Below, in pieces: positions 1-7,318 of a stretch of DNA of 64,000 nt. Within the stretch, counting starts at the first letter, position 1. The number at the start of each line of letters is the position of its first letter. The DNA comes from Lachnospiraceae bacterium (GTDB lineage Bacteria; Bacillota; Clostridia; Lachnospirales; Lachnospiraceae), in NCBI GenBank assembly GCA_024691305.1, contig JAILNS010000031.1, positions 64,657 to 128,656 on the forward strand. The letters are read 5' to 3'. The position numbers were made by a program, and so were the translations under genes. The notes below the pieces were generated by a model. The model saw only the letters and a program-made list of their open reading frames with translations. It was not told the DNA's origin and made no database searches.

Positions 1-1
1 T

Positions 2-118
2 GACTGGTACGGATTCCTTAACTGGGGTTATGCCATGGGGGCTGTAATATTTGCCGGAATAGTCTTCGTTAACTTCCTGATAGCGTGTCTTCTGGGACGC
101 CCTTGGAGTAAAAAATAA
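2..118 (+). CDS. 3' end of a gene truncated by the window edge; only a C-terminal hydrophobic segment is visible (DWYGFLNWGYAMGAVIFAGIVFVNFLIACLLGRPWSKK*)
   Basis: Open frame from the window edge to TAA at 116-118. The hydrophobic tail suggests a membrane protein. No family can be assigned. Confidence 0.35.
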   Translation, partial: DWYGFLNWGYAMGAVIFAGIVFVNFLIACLLGRPWSKK

Positions 119-126
119 TCTTTTTG

Positions 127-194
127 CATTTCGTGTATTTTTTTCATACATCTCGTGCGCAGATTCGTATTAGCTTGATTTACCATGATACATT
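127..194 (+). promoter_or_regulatory. LytTR-type direct-repeat operator plus extended -10 promoter for the surface-protein gene
   Basis: 9-bp direct repeats CATTTCGTG (127-135) and CATCTCGTG (149-157) with a 13-bp spacer, then ATTCGTAT (163-170) and TGaTACATT (186-194). The same layout, with the same 31-nt distance from repeat 2 to the -10 hexamer, recurs at 3646-3712. Confidence 0.55.
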
Positions 195-202
195 AACATC
201 GG

Positions 203-233
203 TTTGAGTGGTTTGGCATAAATACCGCTCAAA
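203..233 (+). promoter_or_regulatory. Stem-loop at the predicted 5' end of the surface-protein mRNA (possible 5' stabiliser)
   Basis: TTTGAGTGGT (203-212) pairs with ACCGCTCAAA (224-233): 10 bp including one U-G, with an 11-nt loop and no U tail. It lies a few nt downstream of the predicted -10, in a ~125-nt 5' UTR. Confidence 0.3.
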
Positions 234-325
234 GGAATCATATAAATCTATAATTCTTGGAACGCCCGCTCCATCGAGCCAAGTCTATAGTCCATCAACT
301 TTACCTATTATAGGAGGGATTTAAA

Positions 326-3300
326 GTGAGAAAAAAGAACTTGGCAAGTCAGAAAGTTATCAAAGCGATCACAATCGGTTTATCGGCATTCATGGCACTT
401 TCACAGCCTATGGCTATTTTTGCGGAAGGTGATACCAATCAGGATGTATCTCAGTCTGACAGCCAGCAGAAAGTGGATCAGACTGCTGCTACTCCGAGTA
501 CTGCCACCGTTACTTCCGGTAATGCAGTTACAGCCACTGTAGAAGCAGATGAAGCCGTAAAAGCAGCAATGGGTGGAAATTATGAAGAAACTGCACAAAC
601 GCAACCGGAAGTGTCTATGGTTGAGACTTTAGACGGTGTTGTACCGGTGACTCCGCCAGTGTCACAGGATACAGTAGCTACGCCTGACACAGCTAAGCCT
701 GACCCATCAGCAGTTAAGGATGCAACGGATTCTAAGATTGAGAAAATAGATAAGAAGCTGACCGATGCTGATTTAGCATTGGAGGGCAAGGATGCAACAG
801 AAGGAAATACAGAGATTGAAGGTATCAAAGATCAAGTAGAGGATCTTTATAAACTCAATGCTGATGCTGACAAGGCTGTAAAGAATTATGAAGATAAATT
901 AGATAACGTTGAAGGGACAAATATAACATTAACAGGTTCCCTGGCGTACACTGCAGCGACAGCGGCGACTACAGCTGAAGGAGCAGCTAGTGCAGCAGTC
1001 ACAAATATGAATACAGCAAAAACAGATGCAGATAAGGTCGAAAGTATGGCTTCTGCAACATATGTGGGCCAGGCTGCTGCAATACAGGCACAAAATGAGG
1101 CTGCAAAGATAGCCGGCGATGCAAAGGACAAGGCTGATGCGGCAAAGGCAGAACAAGCCAAGGCTGAGCAGGCTGTGACTGATGCACAAGGTGCTGTTGA
1201 TGAGGCTACACAGAAAGTCGAAGCAGCACAGAAAGCATTTGATGATGCTACAGGTAAAGTCGAAGCAGCACAGAATAAGTTTGATGAACTCATAAAAGCA
1301 TATGGCTTGGAAAATGTTCTTTTGGATGAGAAAGGCAACCTGATTCTTGACGACAACGGAAATCCCAAGGGTATCGGTGACGGGTTGGTTAAAGCAGCAA
1401 TTTCCGCTTCATGGGATGCACTTCAGCTGGCTAAAGGCGATCAGAGTGAGGCAAAGACCGGGCTTGAGACGGCAAAGAGCGAGCAGTCGAAAGCAGCAGA
1501 TGCTGTAACCAAAGCAGAGAAGGCTCTTGAGGATGCAGAGAAACTAGCCCAGGATAATCAGGCAGCTTATGCAAAGGCAGCAAAAGACCTTGAAAGGGCT
1601 AATCTTATAGTCGAAGTTAATGAGTCGGAAAAGAAAAAGAGTGATGCTTATAAAGATTACATCAACTTTTATTATATACCTTATCTTAATGTTGTTGCTT
1701 CTAGCAACCTATCGTCAGCCAATGATGAACTGGCCCAAAAGCTGATCAAGTTCAAGCTGTATGAAGAGGGAATAGACACTAATGATATAAGATTTGGTAA
1801 TGAAGGAAGCAATATAACCGTTACTTACGGACCTGATGATGCACTTGTTACCAGGCGTTTTACCTATGCATCATATTATGGGTGGCTTGATGTCAGTGAG
1901 ATTAAACAGACTAAAGTCGGAAATAAGGAGGTAATAATAAGATCTTACTATACTGATAAATCCGGAACAGAAGTAACAATTCCTGAAAATGCAAAATTAA
2001 AAGAGGATAAAGAATCACAGCCACAAAATGATTACTATTATAAAAGCGAAATAAGCATTAAACAGCCGGTAAGTGAGAGAACGATTCTTGTAGATGCTTA
2101 TTATAATGGACGAAAGCTTAAAAAGGAAAACTATAAATATGTGGAAAAGGATCAGTATGGATATTATATCCCGGACCAGTGGGGATTTGGAAAAAATTAT
2201 CTTTATAATGTCGAAACACGTACTGAATACTATTATACTGATGATAATGGCGAAGAGCATATAGTTAAAGATAATAAATTGGATAGAGTAACTGAATATT
2301 ATTATGTAGATTCATATATAGATAATAGTACCGGACAAACGAAAACTAAAATTTGTGTTGTCAATAAAGATGACACATTAGTAGATCCAATATTTGGCCA
2401 TAGAACCATTATTGTAAATGGACAACCTAAAGACGTTTTAGAGAGACCAGCTTACTATACAAATATTAAACAAGAACGCAAAGTAGTTGTGTATCTGCAT
2501 AATGTTACCGAACAAATACCGATATATACGGATACATACACTTCATTATGCAAGGAATGGGATTACTATAAAGCCAATAAAGACATAACAGCTGACACTG
2601 TAAATAATAAGGAGAAAAAGTTATATGATGATTTAAATGCTATAGTAAATTATAACAAGACAGAACTCCAGAATGCATCAGACAATGCTAAACAAAAAAA
2701 GGCTGAAGCAGACCAGAAAGTTGCAAATGCAACAGCGGCATTAGATGTTCTTACAGCTAAGAATGAAAAAGTGCAGAAAGCATATGATAAAGTCATGGAG
2801 GCAATTAACGCACTTAAGGCAATGCAGAAGATAGCAGGAGTCAGCGAAGAAGCACTTCAGAATATGAAGAATAATCTTGCGGCAGCTGAGACCAGTTTAG
2901 AGAAGGCTCAGGAAGAAGCAGGTAAAGCTGAAGAAGCAGCAACTGCAGCCGTGAAAGAAGCAGATAGGGCAGCAGAAGCAGCCAAGGCTACATTTAAGTT
3001 CGTTACTCCCGCAACTCCTTCAACAGGCGAAGATATACAGACAGAGGTTTCCGGTGATATTAATGCCGGTGGCAGTACATCAACAACTCCTTCCGTAACT
3101 CCTTCAACCGTACCCACACGTGTAGCAGGTTCAGTACCGGAAGGCACTGGTGCACTACTTACTCCTAACGTAGAAGCAGGTGTGGCAGGAGCACGAACAG
3201 GAAGAAATGCAGGTGCAGGAAGAGCCGTTGCAGCAAACGGTAACGGAAATGTACGGATCGGAGATGATCAGGTAGCTCTTGCAGGCGATCTTGAAGAAGC

Positions 3301-3520
3301 TAAGGCTGATGTGGCTGAGGAGGCCGTTGCAGAAAGCACAGATAATAAGCCTGCAACAGCAATTATAGAAGAAGGAGAGATTCCTGCGGCTCAGTCTATA
3401 GAAGAAGGAGCCCTCACCTGGTGGATATGGCTTCTTGTGGTAATGGCAGCTGCAGCCGGCCTGGGTGTCTATAAATATACTGATAATAAGAAAAAGAATC
3501 AGAATCAGCCTACTGAATAA
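326..3520 (+). CDS. Large secreted, membrane-anchored coiled-coil surface protein (1064 aa)
   Basis: GTG start preceded by AGGAGGG. N-terminal signal peptide (…LSAFMALSQPMAIFAEGD). Two long Ala/Lys/Glu-rich coiled-coil blocks flank a Tyr/Asn/Lys-rich central region. A Pro/Thr/Ser linker leads to a C-terminal TM helix (WWIWLLVVMAAAAGLGVY) and a basic tail. No LPXTG motif. Confidence 0.85.
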   Translation: MRKKNLASQKVIKAITIGLSAFMALSQPMAIFAEGDTNQDVSQSDSQQKVDQTAATPSTATVTSGNAVTATVEADEAVKAAMGGNYEETAQTQPEVSMVETLDGVVPVTPPVSQDTVATPDTAKPDPSAVKDATDSKIEKIDKKLTDADLALEGKDATEGNTEIEGIKDQVEDLYKLNADADKAVKNYEDKLDNVEGTNITLTGSLAYTAATAATTAEGAASAAVTNMNTAKTDADKVESMASATYVGQAAAIQAQNEAAKIAGDAKDKADAAKAEQAKAEQAVTDAQGAVDEATQKVEAAQKAFDDATGKVEAAQNKFDELIKAYGLENVLLDEKGNLILDDNGNPKGIGDGLVKAAISASWDALQLAKGDQSEAKTGLETAKSEQSKAADAVTKAEKALEDAEKLAQDNQAAYAKAAKDLERANLIVEVNESEKKKSDAYKDYINFYYIPYLNVVASSNLSSANDELAQKLIKFKLYEEGIDTNDIRFGNEGSNITVTYGPDDALVTRRFTYASYYGWLDVSEIKQTKVGNKEVIIRSYYTDKSGTEVTIPENAKLKEDKESQPQNDYYYKSEISIKQPVSERTILVDAYYNGRKLKKENYKYVEKDQYGYYIPDQWGFGKNYLYNVETRTEYYYTDDNGEEHIVKDNKLDRVTEYYYVDSYIDNSTGQTKTKICVVNKDDTLVDPIFGHRTIIVNGQPKDVLERPAYYTNIKQERKVVVYLHNVTEQIPIYTDTYTSLCKEWDYYKANKDITADTVNNKEKKLYDDLNAIVNYNKTELQNASDNAKQKKAEADQKVANATAALDVLTAKNEKVQKAYDKVMEAINALKAMQKIAGVSEEALQNMKNNLAAAETSLEKAQEEAGKAEEAATAAVKEADRAAEAAKATFKFVTPATPSTGEDIQTEVSGDINAGGSTSTTPSVTPSTVPTRVAGSVPEGTGALLTPNVEAGVAGARTGRNAGAGRAVAANGNGNVRIGDDQVALAGDLEEAKADVAEEAVAESTDNKPATAIIEEGEIPAAQSIEEGALTWWIWLLVVMAAAAGLGVYKYTDNKKKNQNQPTE

Positions 3521-3550
3521 ATGCTTATACATAGGTTAAAGGGATGGAGT

Positions 3551-3586
3551 AAAAGGGAACTGCTCATTTGAGTGGTTCCCTTTTAC
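3551..3586 (+). terminator. Rho-independent terminator after the surface-protein gene
   Basis: AAAAGGGAAC (3551-3560) pairs with GTTCCCTTTT (3575-3584); the T-rich 3' side runs into the tail. Confidence 0.7.
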
Positions 3587-3645
3587 ATGAAATGAATATA
3601 TAAAAGCATGAATTCAACAAAAGAGCCTGTATTCAAACGTTTTCG

Positions 3646-3712
3646 CATTTTGTGCACACAAAGCAGCATTTCGTGCACAGTTTCGTATGGGATCATGTTA
3701 TGATGGTACATT
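3646..3712 (+). promoter_or_regulatory. LytTR-type direct-repeat operator plus extended -10 promoter for the phosphorelay operon
   Basis: CATTTTGTG (3646-3654), a 12-bp spacer, CATTTCGTG (3667-3675), TTTCGTAT (3681-3688) and TGgTACATT (3704-3712). This is near-identical in architecture to 127-194. Confidence 0.6.
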
Positions 3713-3754
3713 AGAAACAGTTTAGTGTAGTTTTTTGATAAACAGGTGATTCAT

Positions 3755-4465
3755 ATGCGTATAGCGATATGTGATGACAGCAAGATAGATGCCAAGAGGA
3801 TCAATTGGGCTCTTATGGATCTGAGTAATGATCTGGAAACGGATTATTATCCTTCCGGACATGATCTTATCGATGCACTTAAAAACGGCGAGAAATTCGA
3901 CGCGGTATTTCTTGATGTGTATATGCCCGGTGAATTCGGTGTTGATGTTGCGGAGCAGTTAAAAGCGATCTCTCCAAGGACAGATATCATCTTTTGCACA
4001 TCAAGTAAGGAACATGCAGTCGATGCGTTCAAGGTTGAGGCTATAGATTATCTGGTTAAACCTTTTGAAGAGATCGATGTGGTCAAGGCTCTGGCACGAG
4101 TTAATCTGGCAGCGGAGATGAGAAGCAACTCCCCTATCATGCTAAAGAGCGGTTCGGAGATCCTTATTTTCCCTCCCGAAAGTGTCCTCAGGATAGAGAG
4201 TGATAAGCATTATACGATCATAACCAAAGCGGATGGCGATTCCGAGAGAGTCCATATGGGTTTCTCGGCTGTATATGATCTTTTCCGGGACAGGTTCATG
4301 CTGATCAAGAGAGGTCTTAGTGTATGCATGGATCATGTTGAGAAGATAGTCGGAGACGTTGTCTATATGAACGATGGCTCATCTTACATCATGAGCAGGG
4401 CAAATAAAGACCAGATCATAAATCAATTCCTGGGATATATGGAGAATAAGAAATACAACAAGTAA
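3755..4465 (+). CDS. LytTR-family response regulator (REC + LytTR DNA-binding domain)
   Basis: Receiver residues are present: CDD, FLDVYMP, CTSS, LVKPF. The C-terminal ~100 aa has a LytTR-like pattern (…VLRIESDKHYTIITKADG…LIKRGLSVCMDHV…). SD AGGTGA (3744-3749) favours ATG 3755 over the GTG at 3746 listed in the ORF track. Confidence 0.85.
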   Translation: MRIAICDDSKIDAKRINWALMDLSNDLETDYYPSGHDLIDALKNGEKFDAVFLDVYMPGEFGVDVAEQLKAISPRTDIIFCTSSKEHAVDAFKVEAIDYLVKPFEEIDVVKALARVNLAAEMRSNSPIMLKSGSEILIFPPESVLRIESDKHYTIITKADGDSERVHMGFSAVYDLFRDRFMLIKRGLSVCMDHVEKIVGDVVYMNDGSSYIMSRANKDQIINQFLGYMENKKYNK

Positions 4466-4481
4466 GGGAGAGTAAACAGTA

Positions 4482-4943
4482 ATGGCCAAATTTGATGACG
4501 AGATAATGGAGTTTGCACCGGCAGGGAATGATGATAGCACTTCCGGTTATCCGGAAGGATATGAAGACGATATTATAAATGCAGTTGCAGGCATAGGACT
4601 CGATACCGAAGCCGGACTTAAATACAGCTACGGGGATAAGGCTTTCTATGTTGAGATAATGGGAGATTATATAAACGAATACGCAGATAAGAGTACCAGA
4701 CTTGAATCCTATTATGAAGGAAATGTATACAGGGAATATCAGGTGCTCGTACATTCCATCAAGAGCACATCAAGAACAATAGGCGCTACGGCACTTTCGG
4801 AAGAAGCCAAAAGACTTGAAGATGCGGCCGCAGAGGAAAATGCTTCTTATATTAAAGAACATCATGAGCCTTTTATGAAAGAGTATGCCAAACTGGCCGG
4901 TGAACTGTCGGCTGTCATGAATAAGGAGAGGATTAGTGGCTGA
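4482..4943 (+). CDS. Stand-alone Hpt (histidine phosphotransfer) protein
   Basis: Hpt signature VLVHSIKSTSRTIGATALSEEAKRLEDAA. SD AAGGGAGAG lies upstream. Confidence 0.8.
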   Translation: MAKFDDEIMEFAPAGNDDSTSGYPEGYEDDIINAVAGIGLDTEAGLKYSYGDKAFYVEIMGDYINEYADKSTRLESYYEGNVYREYQVLVHSIKSTSRTIGATALSEEAKRLEDAAAEENASYIKEHHEPFMKEYAKLAGELSAVMNKERISG

Positions 4944-7317
4944 TTGGGTAATAGTCGTTGATGATGATACCGAAAATCTGAAACTTGCGGGGAGTATATT
5001 AAGTAAGAACGGGATGCGCGTTACTGCACTTAAATCGGGAAACACATTCCTTGAATATATTAAGGAACACGGTGAACCGGATATCGTGCTTCTTGACATA
5101 ATGATGCCCGACATGGACGGGTTTGATACGCTCATCCGTTTGAGAAACTATGAAGAGAGCAGCGGATCGGGGTCTGTTCCGGTCGTATTTCTTACTGCAG
5201 ATGAGAACCGTCAGCATGAAATGCGCGGTTTCCAGATGGGGGTCTCGGACTTTATTCATAAGCCTTTCGATCCGGATATCTTTGCACAGAGAGTTGCCAA
5301 TATAATCGCATCAAGCAAAAAGATGATAAGCATCGAAGAAAAGGCAACTCATGATGACCTTACGGGATTTCTGACCAAGGATCCCGCAAATGAACAGATA
5401 TCTTCCATGTGTCTGAAGGAATTCGGAAGTCTGTGTATGATAGATCTTGATTCTTTTAAGCTTGTAAACGATATGTACGGTCATGAAATGGGAGACCGCG
5501 TTCTGGTCAAGTTTGCGGATGTTTTGCGCGCAAATATGACAGAAGGCAGCATCTGCGGACGAATAGGCGGCGATGAGTTTTTGCTTTTTGCCCTGAACAT
5601 GCAAAGAGAAAGCGATATAGCCTCATTTACAGGAAGGGTAAATGACGGATTTACGGATGCGGCCAAGGAACTGCTCGGAGAAGATCACAGGATACCGCTC
5701 GGTGTTTCTATAGGTGCCGTATCCGTTCCAAAACAGGGAACCGAACTGGATGAGCTTTTTAACATGGCCGACAAGGCTTTGTATACGGTAAAAGATAACG
5801 GAAAGCACGGTTATGCTCTGTATCATGACGAACACTTAAATGCCATGACGGATGCATCCGGAGCCTATATGGATCTTAAGACCCTGTCCAAAATGCTTGA
5901 GGAAAGAAGCATTCCCCAAAGCGTTATGTGGATGGGACGTGAGGCGTTTGGAAATGTATACCGTTATATGATGCGCTACCTGGAAAGATATGATATTTCC
6001 GCATATAAGGTTCTGTTTACTCTGTGTCACAAGGACAAGGATATTACGGATGAGCAAAGGGAAGAAGTGGCGGATTCTTTCAGGGAAGTCATACAGACCA
6101 CCTTACGAAACAGCGATATCATGGTCAGGATAGGCATCGACCAGTTTTTTCTGCTCCTGCCCGAACTTAATCCCGAACATATAGACAGAGTCATAAACAG
6201 GATGTCGGGAGCATGGAAAAAGAGTAACCAGGGCCCTGCGACCGAACTTGAACTTGAGTATGACAGGATAGCCTCAGACTCACGTCATGATATTAAAAGT
6301 TCAGGCAGCGATTCAGATCTTGTGGTAGTCGTGGATGATGATCACAGCAATCTCATGATGGCGGAACGTATCCTCAAAAAAGAAGGCATGAATGTCGAAT
6401 GCATAGGGTCGGGTACCGAACTCCTCGAATATGTTCAGGATCATGATCCCGCACTCATACTTCTTGATGTAAATATGCCCGGAATAGACGGCTTTGAGAC
6501 CATGCAGCGTCTTACATCCAGGGGAGGGCGGATCGCCAGGATACCCGTCATCTTCCTTACCGCAAATGATGATGATGAGACCGAGACACAGGGTTTTGTC
6601 ATGGGGGCCATGGACTTTATACGTAAGCCTTTTGTTCCGGAGATACTTATAATGCGTGTAAAACATGCGATCAGTCTGATAAGGCTCCAGAACCATCTAA
6701 AGAGTGAAGTCAGTGAGAAGACAGAAGAGAACGAAAGCCTGTCGCTTCATATAATCCAGGCACTTGCATCTGCGGTCGATGCCAAGGACATGTATACGAG
6801 CGGTCATTCCGGAAGAGTGGCTGAATATGCGCGCATGATCTCAGCAAGATACGGATATGATGAGGAAGCTCAGGATAAGATATATATGATAGGCCTGCTC
6901 CATGATGTGGGCAAGATCGGTATATCGGATGCGATCATCAACAAGGTCGGAGCTCTTGATGATAAGGAATATGAGATCATCAAGACTCACCCTGTACAGG
7001 GGGCCAAGATACTTGGCAAGATCAAGGAGATGCCCGAACTTGTGATAGGCGCTAAATGGCACCATGAAAGATATGACGGCAAAGGTTATCCCGACGGACT
7101 TACCGGTGAAGATATACCTGAAGAAGCCAGGATAATAGCAGTAGCCGATTCATACGATGCAATGACCAGCAGAAGGAGTTATCGTGATGCACTTCCTCAG
7201 GAGAAGGTCAGATCCGAGATAGTCAACGGAAAAGGTACTCAGTTCGATCCTAAATTCGCTGAAATAATGCTTGAACTGATCGATGAAGATACTCAGTACA
7301 GTATGCGGGAAGAATGA
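4936..7317 (+). CDS. REC - GGDEF - degenerate GGDEF-like - REC - HD-GYP protein (dual-receiver c-di-GMP synthase/phosphodiesterase)
   Basis: GTG start after AAGGAGAGG, overlapping the Hpt gene by 8 nt. REC1 (VVDDD…LLDIMMPDMDG…FLTAD…HKPF). Intact GGDEF at 5566-5580. A second GGDEF-like block carries GIDQF at 6133-6147. REC2 (VVDDD…LLDVNMPGIDG…FLTAN…RKPF). HD-GYP motifs HDVGK (6901-6915) and HHERYDGKGYP (7060-7092). Confidence 0.9.
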   Translation: MADWVIVVDDDTENLKLAGSILSKNGMRVTALKSGNTFLEYIKEHGEPDIVLLDIMMPDMDGFDTLIRLRNYEESSGSGSVPVVFLTADENRQHEMRGFQMGVSDFIHKPFDPDIFAQRVANIIASSKKMISIEEKATHDDLTGFLTKDPANEQISSMCLKEFGSLCMIDLDSFKLVNDMYGHEMGDRVLVKFADVLRANMTEGSICGRIGGDEFLLFALNMQRESDIASFTGRVNDGFTDAAKELLGEDHRIPLGVSIGAVSVPKQGTELDELFNMADKALYTVKDNGKHGYALYHDEHLNAMTDASGAYMDLKTLSKMLEERSIPQSVMWMGREAFGNVYRYMMRYLERYDISAYKVLFTLCHKDKDITDEQREEVADSFREVIQTTLRNSDIMVRIGIDQFFLLLPELNPEHIDRVINRMSGAWKKSNQGPATELELEYDRIASDSRHDIKSSGSDSDLVVVVDDDHSNLMMAERILKKEGMNVECIGSGTELLEYVQDHDPALILLDVNMPGIDGFETMQRLTSRGGRIARIPVIFLTANDDDETETQGFVMGAMDFIRKPFVPEILIMRVKHAISLIRLQNHLKSEVSEKTEENESLSLHIIQALASAVDAKDMYTSGHSGRVAEYARMISARYGYDEEAQDKIYMIGLLHDVGKIGISDAIINKVGALDDKEYEIIKTHPVQGAKILGKIKEMPELVIGAKWHHERYDGKGYPDGLTGEDIPEEARIIAVADSYDAMTSRRSYRDALPQEKVRSEIVNGKGTQFDPKFAEIMLELIDEDTQYSMREE

Positions 7318-7318
7318 T

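Noticed and set aside
249-254. A perfect TATAAT in the same 5' UTR, considered as an alternative promoter for the surface-protein gene.
   Set aside because: There is no -35-like hexamer at 16-18-nt spacing and no TG extension. It may be a weak secondary promoter, but the support is too thin to list as a feature.
195-325. I considered a c-di-GMP riboswitch or other riboswitch in the long 5' UTR of the surface-protein gene. This was tempting because a c-di-GMP enzyme is encoded next door.
   Set aside because: I could not find GEMM-I/II-like conserved segments or a terminator/anti-terminator pair. There is only one simple stem-loop (203-233). A covariance-model scan would be needed to exclude it formally.
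3608-3703. A 31-codon ORF (MNSTKEPVFKRFRILCTQSSISCTVSYGIML) upstream of the LytTR regulator. I considered it as an Agr/Com-like pheromone precursor.
   Set aside because: It has no Shine-Dalgarno sequence, no double-glycine or AgrD-like processing features, and no AgrB or ABC-peptidase gene nearby. It is wholly superimposed on the direct-repeat operator and the -10 element, which explain the sequence better.
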